64,000 nucleotides of DNA from Trichodelitschia bisporula (GCA_010356995.1 ML996689.1:1630691-1694690); one strand, 5' to 3'. Shown: positions 1 to 11,101, counted from the first letter of the stretch. Numbers and translations are program-made. Notes: generated by a model from the sequence alone, not told the origin.

Positions 1-38
1 ATCCGATTTCGCCCGAAAGAAGGGATAAAAGACCATAC

Positions 39-116
39 ACTTTCGAGAAGCTGAAGCAGCTCCCGCCGCGCCTTCTCGCCGACTTCGGTCGTGCTCAACG
101 GGGTATGCGGCGCCAT
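39..116 (-). CDS. VPS33: First exon of Vps33 (HOPS/CORVET Sec1/Munc18 protein); the gene continues off the left edge
   Basis: Hand translation MAPHTPLSTTEVGEKARRELLQLLES followed by donor GTATGG. Resembles the N-terminus of filamentous-fungal Vps33 (MAP...KARxxLLxLLE-VRGKK). Only 26 codons are visible. Confidence 0.7.
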
Positions 117-428
117 TTGCAGCTCGTTGTCGTTGCTGTGCTACATCTGCTTGGGCATCGGGACTCGAGCAGGAGTTGGCGTCACCGAATCATGGGCCGT
201 AATCGGAGGAGCTGCTATCCGAAGAGCTTCTACGGTACTCTTTTCAACTCAAGCTTAATTTGATGTAGTCGACAGTATCAAATCCCAATGGTCGTCACCT
301 TAACTCCAAGCCACGCCCGTGATGTCGCGCACCTCGCGCCACATGGCCCGTGCGCATCCAAGCTTCAACCTCAACTTCGCCATCACGAACTCCATCTCCA
401 ACCCCTCCACGCTCAATTCGTCCTCACC

Positions 429-1888
429 ATGCCTCCCCGCCCCCAATGGCGGCCCAAAAGGCCCATATTCCTCCGAACGCCCTGCCCCCGGCACCTCCGC
501 TTCACCTCCACCACCACCGGCGCGCCAGAACTCTTCGACGTAGTCTGCGTCGGCGGCGGCCCGGCAGGCCTGAGCCTGCTGGCTGGACTCCGTAGGCCCT
601 CCCCCTCCAAATAAAACCACCTACCTAACCCCCAGGCTCCAACCCTTCAACATCCCACCTCAAACTCGCCCTCATCGAAGCCCAGGACATAACGCAGCCC
701 CCCCGCCCCGTCGCACCCGGAAGTTACTCAAACCGCTGCTCCTCCCTAACCCCCTCCTCCGCCGCCTACCTCCAGCGCATCGGCGCCTGGTCGCAGCTCG
801 ACCGCTCGCGAGTCCAACCTTACACCCACATGCGCGTCTGGGACGGTCTCTCCAGCGCCGCCATCACCTTCGACCCCCCCAGCACCTCCCCCATCGCATA
901 CATGGTCGAGAACACAAATCTCACAACCGCCCTATCCTCCCTCATCACCTCTTTGGGCGGAGTACACACCTTCAGCCCCGCGCGCGTCTCCCATATCGGC
1001 CACGGGCCCACAACCCCCACCCACGACCTCTCCTCCTGGCCCACCCTCTCCCTCTCCACAGGCGCGACATTATCCGCCCGTCTCCTCATCGGCGCAGACG
1101 GCGCGGCCTCCCCGGTGCGCTCGTACGCAGGGATACCGAGTCGGGGGTGGGACTACGGGCGCGTCGGGGTCGTGGCCTCGCTGCGCCTGTCTAGCGACAG
1201 CGCACCCAAGACCGCGTTCCAGCGCTTTCTCACCACGGGGCCCGTGGCGCTGCTCCCGCTTCCCGGGCCGTATGCTACGCTCGTGTGGAGCACGACACCT
1301 GAGCGTGCCGCGCGGCTGCGGGGGCTGAGTGGGGAGGATTTTGGCGCGTGCGTGGATGCGGCGTTTAGGCTTGGTATGGTTGATATCGACTATCTCCATA
1401 CCATGTCAAGGGGGCAGGTGGAGGAGGTGGCGTGGCGAAAGAAGCACACTGCTTACAGCGAGGCCGATATGCCAGCGAGTGTGGAAGCGGTGCAAGACGG
1501 AAGCGTAGCCGCCTTCCCTCTGAAAATGCGCCACGCAGACACGTACATATCCAACCGGCTCGCGCTCGTCGGCGACGCGGCGCACACAGTACATCCACTC
1601 GCAGGCCAGGGACTGAATCTAGGCCAAGCAGATGTAGCGGCGCTTGTCGACGTGATCAGCGACGCCGTGAGCACGGGCGGGGATATAGGGAGCACGTTGG
1701 TGTTGGAAGAGTATGTTGCTAGGCGATGGGGCGCGAACCATGCCATGCTCGGCGTGTGTGATAAGTTGCATAAGCTGTATAGCGCGGAATGGGGACCGTT
1801 GGTGGGGTTGAGGAGTCTTGGGCTTAGGGCGGTGGATAAGTTGGGCCCTGTGAAGGGGTTTTTGATGAGGCAGGCGGCGGGGATGTAA
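429..1888 (+). CDS. COQ6: Ubiquinone biosynthesis FAD monooxygenase Coq6 (2 exons; intron 592-635)
   Basis: DVVCVGGGPAG Rossmann motif, LLIGADG, QRFLTTGPVALLP, LVGDAAHTVHPLAGQGLNLG. Intron GTAGGC...CTAAC...CAG joins the frames. Arg-rich N-terminal presequence. Confidence 0.95.
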
Positions 1889-2114
1889 GAAATGCAATGA
1901 GATGTAACGGTGCGGAATGGCGTACGAAAATGTAGACAGAAGAGGATATGATTCCGCCCGCCTGTCCACCAGGCGTAGCTGATTTTGCCTGTCCGGCATC
2001 AAACACGACCAAAACGCTCCAAACCCAGCGCCCACCCGAAATGCTAATGTACAAATCCCCAACACCCAGCGCCGTCCCAACCATGGTATCAACGCGCCTG
2101 CTCCCTAGCTACTT

Positions 2115-3953
2115 TCACACCCCTCTCCTCTTCTTCCCCTTCCCCTCCCCCTCATTAGCCTCCCGATTCATCCGCCTCCTCTTCCGCGCCCTCGCCCTCA
2201 GAACCTCCTCCGTGACATACCCCGCCGGGAGCTCAAAATCCCGCGTCTCGGACACCTTACTCGGAAGTGGCTGTCCAAACGCCAGGGTGGAGCGACTGGA
2301 CCTCCGCTCGCCAATGGCAGCAGCGCGCTGGTGCGGCTTCGCGAAGAAGCTTATGAAGGGCTCGGCCGGGGCGGGAGGAGCGGGCGGTGCGGCGGGAGCA
2401 TCGAGTGCAGCGGCGGTGCGCTTGCGGCGGGGCGGGACGCGCGCGATAATAGCCTCGCGCTGGAGCTGGCGGGTCGGCTCGTCGGTCTCAGCCTCGTCGT
2501 CCTGAGCTTCTTCCGGCTCGGCGGAGACGAGGGACATAGATGCCGTGGTGTTCGCGCCGCGGTGTCGGGCTTTCTCCTCTCTCACTCGTTTTTCCTCTTG
2601 CTTCATGCGGGCGAATTTGTCCACCAGGGCTGAGACCTCGTCTACGAAATAGGTGCGCTTCGGTTCCCAGTCTTTCCTCTCGCCGTCGGTGACACCTGTT
2701 ATGCCCATTACGCGTAACCAGTCCGGGCCCTGGAGACCGTCGAGTAAGCGGTCTAGCTGAGCTTTTTCATGCTGGGCGCGCTCGCGTTCGATGTTGCGTA
2801 GCTGTTTTTCCTTGCGTTCGAGCTTGCGGTGCGGCTTGATGTAGACGTCATCCGAAAGAGGGTCGATTTCGGGGGGACTGGAAGACGGGCACTCGAACAG
2901 GATTGTCTTCGCATTGGTGGTGATTTTGTGTGGCGAAGGGAGAGGAGGGAGCTTTGCCTTTGCGGGGGTGGCGAGCTTGATGGCCTGTTTGCTGTTGGGA
3001 GAGGCATCGTCAGGTGGGGAAAGCGGTTGGTCAACAATGAGGATCGGTTCGTCCGGTTCGATGAACACTGTATGCGCGTTAGCATAGCTCATGTGAAGTT
3101 TGTCTAAGCTTAGCTCACCAGGAGCCTTAGGTGCATCAGTAATGATGTCATCGTAATTAGAAAAGTATGTTGCGAGATCGCTCTTCAGCCGCGACCCGCC
3201 GTCCTTGGACCGCAGCGCGCGAGATTCGCGCACCTCCTCCCCGCCCGACGTACGCGCATTGCGGCGCGCGGCCGGCTGTTCAGGCGCGTTGGTTACGGAA
3301 GGTGGTGGTGCAGCGACGCCATTACTTGCGCGCGACGCGTGCGAACCGCTTACCTTGGGATCTGGCTGCACAAACTTGCTATTCGCCTTGTTCTCCCTGG
3401 GCGTAAATTTTGCTGCGACCGCGGTCGACTCCGACGTGTCCGCAATCGATTGTGATTGCGAGGTATCAGCCTGCGCGGCGAGTTTGCGACGCCGACCGGG
3501 TGCTGTGAGAGGGTGCGCGGACTTCGTTACAGGGCTGTTTGTAACCCCCTCCGACTCCGAGGCGACTGTGTTCAGGTGCGACGGTTCAGCGCCGGCCTGC
3601 GCAGCGGTCTTGCGACGCCGGCCGGGCATTGCGAGAGGGTGTCCGATCTTGACAGTGAGAGGTGAGGTTGATCGAGGGAAAAAGTGTGTTATTGTGGATT
3701 GTATTGGAGATGCGGGGTGTGGTGTGGAGAGCATGGTGGAGGGCGGGATGGGAGGGGAGCGACGGCGAAGGGCGGAGGCCGTCATCTGCGGGTGGGTGGG
3801 ATGGGAGGAGGAGGAGGCATGGTGAGGGGATTTGCCAGGAGGTGGTAGAGACAATTGCTTTGAGGGTAGATGCGACGCGTGCAGGTTGAGATGGGAGTGA
3901 TGGGGAGACAGGGACGGAGGAGGCGGAGGGAGGCGAGTTGTGGTGGTTGACAT
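2115..3953 (-). CDS. SAS4: SAS acetyltransferase complex subunit Sas4-like protein (in-frame intron 3068-3118; start ATG 3953 or 3785)
   Basis: DPLSDDVYIKPHRKLERKEKQLRNIERERAQHEK...LQGPDWLRVMGITG is the Sas4 domain signature. C-terminal AFGQPLP...DFELP. Confidence 0.85.
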   Translation of the reverse strand: MSTTTTRLPPPPPSLSPHHSHLNLHASHLPSKQLSLPPPGKSPHHASSSSHPTHPQMTASALRRRSPPIPPSTMLSTPHPASPIQSTITHFFPRSTSPLTVKIGHPLAMPGRRRKTAAQAGAEPSHLNTVASESEGVTNSPVTKSAHPLTAPGRRRKLAAQADTSQSQSIADTSESTAVAAKFTPRENKANSKFVQPDPKVSGSHASRASNGVAAPPPSVTNAPEQPAARRNARTSGGEEVRESRALRSKDGGSRLKSDLATYFSNYDDIITDAPKAPGELSLDKLHMSYANAHTVFIEPDEPILIVDQPLSPPDDASPNSKQAIKLATPAKAKLPPLPSPHKITTNAKTILFECPSSSPPEIDPLSDDVYIKPHRKLERKEKQLRNIERERAQHEKAQLDRLLDGLQGPDWLRVMGITGVTDGERKDWEPKRTYFVDEVSALVDKFARMKQEEKRVREEKARHRGANTTASMSLVSAEPEEAQDDEAETDEPTRQLQREAIIARVPPRRKRTAAALDAPAAPPAPPAPAEPFISFFAKPHQRAAAIGERRSSRSTLAFGQPLPSKVSETRDFELPAGYVTEEVLRARARKRRRMNREANEGEGKGKKRRGV

Positions 3954-4642
3954 TGGCCCTGTGCCTGGGGGTGGGAGAGAGGGGAGGAGAGAGGAGGGTT
4001 GAAGAGGGCGACGGAGAGCACGAGAAGGGGATGCGCGTTTCCCTCTCTCTTGGGGCCGAAGGGAGACGAAAGCGTTGGTGATACTTTTCCGCGAGGAGAG
4101 AGAGATGGATTCTAACAAACAAAAAATGACAAAGATGGAGGCTGATGAGGGTTGAGGTTGTGATGGAAAAAAGAAGCAAAGCAGAAGAAAGAAGAGACGT
4201 TTCGCATCCAATTCCTTCCCTCCCCTCCCTGTTCTCCTCTCACCGCACGACTCATCCAGCGCCCCGGCAAGTCTTCTCCCCTCCCTCTCGCCGACAGCCG
4301 ATGAGGAGAGAAAGCGAAGCGGCCGAGCTGCAGTCAAAACACTCAATTCACTGCGCTTTACGGATTAATGCTTCTATAACAGGTCCTTCAATGCATTGCA
4401 GGCTAGCAAGTTGATAGGGCTGATTCTGAATCTGTATCTTGTAGATTCCCATTTGCCATTCTGGTACGGTAAGGTTACCTGGAACAATTTTTTTCTGGCA
4501 TCAGGGCTGCCTGCATGGCCATTAAAAGCACTTGCCATCATCGCATCGTCATATCATCCACAGTGACTATGTAAACACCGTAACACGAGCTTCGCACTAC
4601 TGTACATGTGCCTGAACTTATTCACGCTTTTTTTCCGCTAGA

Positions 4643-6352
4643 TCACAACTCGTCGCGCTTGGGCTGCACTGGCTCGTCATCAAGAACCTCAACCTTGAGT
4701 CCCTCGGGCGACTCAAACTTGAGCTTCTCAATCGGCTCCTCCTTCTTAACCTTCTCCTCCGGTGCATCCTTTGGCTCGCCCGTCTTCTCATCCACCACCG
4801 CGTCCTTAACACCGAGTGCCTCCTTCGCCGCCTTGACCGCAGCTTCAGGCCGGCCCTCCTCCGGCGTCATGACCATCTGCTCAGGCAGCTTCTCCTTCTT
4901 GCCCTCATTCATGCGAATGGCATCAATCCAGTTCTCAACGCTGTTGCGGCTGAAATCCGCCCCAGAGTAGCGGCGCCACCACAACCTCTTCGCGTTGACA
5001 GCAATGACCTCGAACTCTTGAGGCCCTTTAATGCCCAGCGTCTCGCGCACCACCAGGCCCGCGACATTGTCCACGGGTACGGCGTAGAAGGGGAAGATCG
5101 AGCCGCGTTTGCTGTGCTTGGACTGCACTTCGGCGAGGGAGAGCAGCGCCTGCGTCGCGGGCTTGGGAAGATCGGCGTCGTCGGATGCCTTGGCCGGGAG
5201 GAGGGCGAGAATGCAGATGGGCGATTTCTTCGTTAGGCACGTCTCCTGCAGGTCTTCAGGGCCGGAAAGCATGCGGAGACGCGGGGGCGCATCTTCGGTG
5301 GGTTTGGCGGCGGGCGCCTCGGTGGATGCGGACTCTTTGGCCGCTTTATCTTTGCCAGCTTTGTGAGGACATTCCCCAGCCTTGGAGTCAGAATCCTTAC
5401 CAGCCTTGTCCGCCTTCTCGCCCTTGTCAGCCTTCTTGTCCTCTTTCGCCTTCTTCTCCGACTTCTTCTCTTTGTTTGCCTTCTTCGCCTTGGGCTTCTC
5501 GGGCTTCGGGTCTGGGTTGGGAGACGCAACTTGCTTGAGGAACGCGACGATAGCGTCGCGCTTGAGCTCGCCGTCGTACAGCACTGGCTCCTTGTCACCA
5601 CCTGGCACAAGGACGAGCTTCGGGAACGACGTGACGCCAAACTTCTCCGCCGCCTTTTTCTCCTTGTTGCGGATCTGCGCAAACGAGATACTGCCCAAGT
5701 AGTCAATAGCCAGCGCGCGAATCAGCGCACTCGTCGTGCCCTTCTCCGTGAACAAAATCGCCTTCGCACCCTCTCCACCCACAAACTCTTCCACGTCCTT
5801 GTCCGTCACGCGCTTCACATTGTTGGGGATCTTCTCGACGACAGCGTCGACAATGGCCTTGGCTGCGCGTGCGCCCTGGTAGTCTTCGATGACGGGTTTG
5901 CCGGGCTTCTTGCTCGGCCGCACGATCTTGAGCGTCGGGAAGCCCTGCACGCCAAACTGCCCGCACAGCGGCTTGTTCTCGTCCTCATCGCAGTTGACGG
6001 CGGCGACCTTGGCGAGCCCGGCGAGGGATTTGGCGGCTTTTTCGTAGGCGGGCTGGAGGTTCTTGCAGTGGCCGCACCAGGGAGCGTAGAATCTGGGGTT
6101 GTTAAAGGACCGAAGCGCTGGATGCAATTGTGGATACCTACTCGACGATCTAAAGCTGCATTAGCCCAGGCCTACCATTTGCTGGCTCAGAAAACTCACT
6201 GAAGTATGATTTGACTGGGCAATCAGCTTGTCGTATGTCTTGCTGGTGACTTGCAACACAGGAGAGTTCGCAGAGTAGAGCCCCGCATTTACAGGCATGC
6301 AGAGCAGAAGTGCAGCGGCCGAGACGGCGAGAGGTGAGAAGTGCCACGTCAT
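4643..6352 (-). CDS. MPD1: ER protein disulfide isomerase-like protein (Mpd1/PrpA type); exons 6200-6352, 6142-6149, 4643-6092
   Basis: Signal peptide, GLYS..SPV, IVEFYAPWCGHC thioredoxin site assembled across an 8-nt micro-exon, GVQGFPTLK, C-terminal RDEL. Confidence 0.9.
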
Positions 6353-6719
6353 GGCTGGATGATGGACAATTGAAGCATCAAAAGAGCGAGGTTGGATCAG
6401 CGGGGGAGGGACGAGGTGAGGGCAGATGATTTGTCTATATACGATTCACGGAGCGTTGCAGTGTCGCAGGTGCAAGGTGGCCTGTTCCGTGTTCCGATCC
6501 CCATCGCCGCACAGGAGCACAAAGACCCGTCAGCCTTGCCAGCCACTGCAGACATGGTCAGCCACCGCCGCTTGGAATGCGACTTTCCGACTGCGCCACA
6601 TGTGGGGCACCTTCACCTTCATCCCTGTGCGACTTCAACCGCTTCTCTTGTCAACAATCACCACAGCTCATAACGTATCCACACTCCCCCGACAGCCCGT
6701 ATCGTCACAGCCATCCACC

Positions 6720-7966
6720 ATGACGACTCCGCTGCCAGCTCCGCTGCGAGCGGCAGATATCTCACGTTTCGCGCTGCGCGCAGCCCAGCTCGAGAAGTTC
6801 AAGCCCGTGGTAGCCTACTGGTGTCAGTCTTCAGCTTCAGCATCCGACCTCTACTGACCCTATCTCTAGGCGACTACTTCATTGTCAACCAGATCCTCAA
6901 CAAGGGCCTACACACCGAGTCCGACGAAGCCATGACCTACACAACCAACCTCATGGACAAGCTCGAGCGCTGGAAGACAGATCACCCCGACAACGACGCC
7001 ATCCACGACGACGTCGCCGCGCAAGCCTACATCGAGCAATTCGCTCTCGAAACCTTCACCCGGGCCGACAACACCGTCCGCGCGAACAAGGCCACCGCCC
7101 AGACAGCAGACACCTTCCGCGCCGCCGCAACCTTCATCGACCTGATCACCATCTGGAAGTCCCCGCTCGACGCCGACCTAGCCGCGAAATCCAAATTCGC
7201 CAAATTTCACGCCCTCCGCATTGCTAAAGCCCTCAAAGCAGGCGAAGACCCCAATCTCTCCAACCCCGTCCAAGAAGAACCCGCCCCCGAACTCGACCCC
7301 CTCAGCCCTAACGACCCCGAAGTCCGGCGCCTGGGCTTGCAACCCACCGTCGAGGAAGCCAGCGAACGCGGCGTCTCCCCACCAATTTTCCCCGTCGAAA
7401 CATACAATTCCCAACCCCATCAACCCGCCCATGGCGATGTCTCCCCGCTAGAAACCTCGCCGGCCGAGGGCTACTTCCCCCACGTGCCCACCTTCACCGC
7501 AGACACTCCCCCTGTCCCGCACCCCACCGCAACCATGGCCCCGGACGCCGACGTGGTCATGGGCTCCACCTCTCCCGCACCCCCCTCCCAACCGCAGGAT
7601 TATTATGCCAATACTCCCGCATACCGCCCTCCGCCTACCCAATCCCCGGCCCCGTTTCCCGCCCAGACACCGCAGCCACCTACTCCGCGCGCACCGCCCT
7701 CACAAGCCCCAACCCAACCACCACAACCCCAATACCACCCCATGCAACAACCTCAACTTCCTACCCCGCAGCCGCTCCAGCCACCTCCACAACAGCAGTC
7801 CTACTCGAGCGGATACGACGACCCGCGCACCTACCGGCGAGACGACGAGGCGATCCTCGCGGCGCAGAAGCATGCCAAGTGGGCTATCTCAGCGCTGAAC
7901 TTTGAGGATGTTGATACCGCGGTTAGAGAGTTGAGGATTGCATTGGGCAGCTTGGGGGCACGATGA
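6720..7966 (+). CDS. VTA1: ESCRT/Vps4 cofactor Vta1 (intron 6823-6869)
   Basis: N-terminal MIT region (RAAQLEKFKPVVAYWC; KFAKFHALRIAKALKAGEDPN), Pro-rich linker, C-terminal VSL motif AQKHAKWAISALNFEDVDTA. Confidence 0.95.
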
Positions 7967-8215
7967 GGCTGTGGAAGTGACGGGGCGTGTTTGTAGGAGT
8001 ATGTAATCTAACTGGTTTGTTGGAAAAGCTTTTTGGGGGTTGCTGGGTCTCACGTTCACCAGTTGCGATCTCACTCCCAATCCTGTCATGACCACACTCA
8101 CAACCCGCCCACCTGGTACATATCTCTCACCCGAACCACTCCAAACTCCCTCTCCACCCGCTTCCTCGCCCTTCACAGCAGACCCCCCTCTTCACCCAGC
8201 AGCTCGCTTATCAGC

Positions 8216-8422
8216 ATGTGCGTCTTCACAGATCTGAAGTTTAAGTGCGGACACCGTTTCCGTGTAGCGGAGAAGCATTGTGGGCCTGCCGACCCGCAGA
8301 AGCACGCAGTATTTATGGAATTCTGGGAAGCGCAGGAGCAGTGCCCCTCGTGTGCGCAGACCTTTGCGGTGATGTGCCGGGTACTGGTTCGGCGTGCTAG
8401 CCACTGGGTGGTTTTTTACTAA
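8216..8422 (+). CDS. Cys/His micro-protein, array copy 1 (68 aa)
   Basis: MCVFTDLKFKCGHRFRVAEKHC...QCPSC. Paralogous to five downstream ORFs and shares their upstream module and AATAAA-like 3' element. Confidence 0.7.
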   Translation: MCVFTDLKFKCGHRFRVAEKHCGPADPQKHAVFMEFWEAQEQCPSCAQTFAVMCRVLVRRASHWVVFY

Positions 8423-8471
8423 CTAGGAAATAAAAATCGATATGTTGGATCTATTACTTTTACTTTTGCCT

Positions 8472-8812
8472 GTTGTGATCTCGTCTTCTAACCCTCTTGT
8501 GTGTCTTATTTCCAATCCGGTTTGTGATGCTCGCTTACAGCCCAATTGTGATCTCGTTCCTGATCTAGTTGTAACCTTACTTCTAACCTGCTTGTGGTCT
8601 CACTCCTGGCTTAGTTATGACATTACGCCTAGGCTAGTTGTAACTTTACTCCTCACCTAGTTGTGATCTCACTACTAGCCAGTTGGGATCTCAGTCCTGG
8701 CCAAGGTGTGATCTCACTCCTAGCCAAGTTGTGATCTCACTCCTAGCCAAGTTGTGATCTCACTCCCAGCCAGTTGCGATTCACTCCCAGCCACTTGTGA
8801 TCCCACTCACAA
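8472..8812. repeat. Degenerate minisatellite, about 15 x 21-25 bp, consensus GTTGTGATCTCACTCCTAGCCAA
   Basis: Units read directly. Near-identical at about 8660-8772 and more diverged to the left. Confidence 0.9.
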
Positions 8813-8814
8813 GT

Positions 8815-8840
8815 TGCCCAAGCGGTATATATCCCTCACC
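8815..8840 (+). promoter_or_regulatory. TATA-like core promoter (GCCCAAGCGGTATATATCCC); related boxes at about 8115, 9220, 9592, 10226 and 11012
   Basis: The same element follows the last dyad repeat about 70-150 nt before each array ATG. It is clear for copies 1, 2, 3 and 6 and degenerate for copies 4 and 5. Confidence 0.6.
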
Positions 8841-8876
8841 CGCACGACTCCAATCTTCCTCCTCACCTGCTTCCTT

Positions 8877-8966
8877 ACCTTCAGCAGATCCCCCCCTTCA
8901 CTCACCTTCTCAGCAGATCCCCCTCTTCACTCACCTTCTCAGCAGAACCCCCTCTTAACTCAGCAG
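8877..8966. repeat. Three tandem ~27-29 bp units (CTTCTCAGCAGATCCCCCTCTTCACTCAC) in the leader of copy 2
   Basis: Read directly. Copy 1 has a single equivalent unit (cttcacagcagacccccctcttcac, about 8171-8195). Confidence 0.85.
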
Positions 8967-8971
8967 CAATA

Positions 8972-9124
8972 ATGTGCATCTTCAAACAATCGAGATGCGA
9001 GTGCGGAGACAGAGTCCGTGTAGGAGAGATTCGGTGTGAGGACGCCGATCCGAAGCATGTAGTGCATATAGAAGGGTGAGAATCGTAGGGGCAGTGTACC
9101 CTGTGTACGCTGCCCTTGTTGTGA
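8972..9124 (+). pseudogene. Array copy 2, interrupted
   Basis: MCIFKQSRCECGDRVRVGEIRCEDADPKHVVHIEG*ES*GQCTLCTLPLL*. Stops at 9077 (TGA) and 9086 (TAG); CGH has become CGD. Confidence 0.75.
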
Positions 9125-9306
9125 GATTACTTCCTTGTTGTCACCTTACTCCCAACCTTAATGTGATCTCACTTCTAACCTAGAACTAGTGGTGACTTCA
9201 CCCCTGAGTCGCCTAAGCGGTATATATCCCGTAGCCACCCCACTTGACATTCCCTCTCCAGACCTTCCCTTCCACTCCTCTCCACACAACCTCCTCTTCA
9301 CTCAGG

Positions 9307-9528
9307 ATGTGCTTCCTCAACGAACTGAAGTTCGCGTGTGGACATACCCTCCGTGCGAACATCTCTCGGTGTTCAAGGAGCGGCCGCCGGCGCGCGGTGA
9401 TCATAGACGGATATGAATCAAAGGCCCAGTGTGCCAAATGTGGGCCGACTCCTTTCTGGGCAGATATTCCTGATTATGGGGACTTTCTGTTGATAGTGGA
9501 GGACGCTCGTAGAATCAATAGAAAATAG
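9307..9528 (+). CDS. Cys/His micro-protein, array copy 3 (73 aa)
   Basis: MCFLNELKFACGHTLRANISRC...AQCAKC, with no hydrophobic tail. Confidence 0.7.
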   Translation: MCFLNELKFACGHTLRANISRCSRSGRRRAVIIDGYESKAQCAKCGPTPFWADIPDYGDFLLIVEDARRINRK

Positions 9529-9663
9529 ACGATTGTTGGACTGAGACCCGCACCTTTGCTGTTTGTGACCTCACTCTAAGACCACCCGATGTCTACATTA
9601 ACCGCACCCGTACCACTGGATGCTCCCTTCCGTCGTCTCCATACCCCCCTTCTTTGCTCCAAG

Positions 9664-9903
9664 ATGTGCCTCTTCATCGTCCTGAAGTTCGAGTGCGGAC
9701 ACGGCGTCCGCGTTGCGACCTTCCGGTGTTCGCGCGCCGAGCTGCCATCTACGGACCCGGAGCACTTTGTGATTATGGGCCAGACGGTTGAATTCCACGA
9801 GTGGTGTCCGCCCTGTGTGCAGACCCGCTGGGCAGTGTGCTTGTTGCTAGTCTTAGGAGCGTGGTACTGGGCGATTACCGCTAAGCTTGCTGCTAGAAAA
9901 TGA
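9664..9903 (+). CDS. Cys/His micro-protein, array copy 4 (79 aa, hydrophobic C-terminal tail)
   Basis: MCLFIVLKFECGHGVRVATFRC...EWCPPC followed by WAVCLLLVLGAWYWAITA-KLAARK. Confidence 0.72.
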   Translation: MCLFIVLKFECGHGVRVATFRCSRAELPSTDPEHFVIMGQTVEFHEWCPPCVQTRWAVCLLLVLGAWYWAITAKLAARK

Positions 9904-10296
9904 ATAAAATCGATGTTTCTTGAATACTACTCCATGTTAGTGATGTATATAAATGTGAGTGATGGGAGCAAAGGCTCTGGCACGTGCAACGGCGAGTGTG
10001 CAAATTGAAGATTGAAGTAGAAGGCGAAGAGAGGAAGAGAGGAAGAGACTCCAGAGACTAGATATACAACATTAAGTATCCTCCATTGCTCCTTCCTTCT
10101 ATCATTTGCTCATTACGTCATGTCCCTTGGTATGCTCCTTCCATGTCTACATCAGTGAGGAACAGTATTGAAGCTATGATATCACATTCTGTCAGTTGTG
10201 ACCACACTACAACCTCCCCGCAAGGGGTATTAGAGACCTCTCCCGTTCCCCCTGAAAGCTCTCTCCACCCATCCCATCCGCCCTTAGCAAACAAAT

Positions 10297-10530
10297 ATGT
10301 ACTTCTTTCATCAAGCAGAGTTCTCGTGCGGTCACATCGTCCCTGAGGTGATCTGTCCGTGTAAAAGGGCGGCGCCGCCATTTACGCACTCGGCGCAGTG
10401 TGTGATTATGGATGAGGAGGGTAGATGGGACGACCGGATCTGTCCCGCGTGTGAGCGGAACCTCTGGTGGGTAGCGTACGCGTTGTTCATCTTGGGTGTA
10501 TGGTACCGGGTGTCTGGTACACTGCGCTAA
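10297..10530 (+). CDS. Cys/His micro-protein, array copy 5 (77 aa, hydrophobic C-terminal tail)
   Basis: MYFFHQAEFSCGHIVPEVICPC...ICPAC followed by LWWVAYALFILGVWY-RVSGTLR. Cys2 is replaced by Tyr. Confidence 0.7.
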   Translation: MYFFHQAEFSCGHIVPEVICPCKRAAPPFTHSAQCVIMDEEGRWDDRICPACERNLWWVAYALFILGVWYRVSGTLR

Positions 10531-11101
10531 CTGCTAAGTTAAAATAATAGACATGTTAAATGTTACATCTGCTTGATGCTATGAATGTGAGAAGCAAGGT
10601 GAGTTTGATTTGACATCCAGTACGGTTTCCAAAGGTCGATGTAGACGGCCTACTGTCTATTTAGCATGCAACCCGAATTCTAAGCTCATCGAGCTCTTCA
10701 TCTAAGCCAGAAAATGCCCACGTGAGGAAAATGATTCTTAAGGAAGTCTCTCTGGACATTCCCCGGAGCGTGCTCCGTGGAGTTGCGCGTAGTGCGCTCG
10801 TCTAGATTATCTGGAACCACCTGAAGGTTCAGGCTCTGTAGGGTCGCTGTTCGTGTCCCATTTCTCTTTCCTGACGTCATAGTAGCACGCTTGAAACTTC
10901 CTGGCGTGCCCCGAGAGGTGAGGAGCAATTGAGGTTGTCGGATATCACTTCCACCAGTTGTAACCTTACTCTCAACCCAGCTGTGACCTCACTCCAAAAC
11001 CGCCCAAGGGCGATATATACACTCCCCCGCCCGCCTAGAGACACTCCCTCGATGTCCTTCTCCTTACCTCCTCTCCAGACCCCCATCATTCCCTTAGCAA
11101 G

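Noticed and set aside
8472..8812. CRISPR array or telomeric repeat
   Set aside because: The units are contiguous with no unique spacers, there are no cas genes and the context is eukaryotic. The consensus is not TTAGGG-like and the array is internal.
8442..8972. ORFs 8442-8660 and 8754-8972 with repeated peptides
   Set aside because: These are translations of the minisatellite, whose unit length does not preserve frame.
9077..9088. Repair of copy 2 stops by sexual-stage A-to-I editing (the TGA aligns with Trp in copy 1)
   Set aside because: Two edits would be needed, one in a disfavoured G(-1) context. The copy has also lost the CGH histidine and its tail, so plain decay is simpler.
10680..10930. 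Stop-riddled coding-like spacer between array copies 5 and 6
   Set aside because: It shows no similarity to the array family and no reliable motif, so it is too weak to call.
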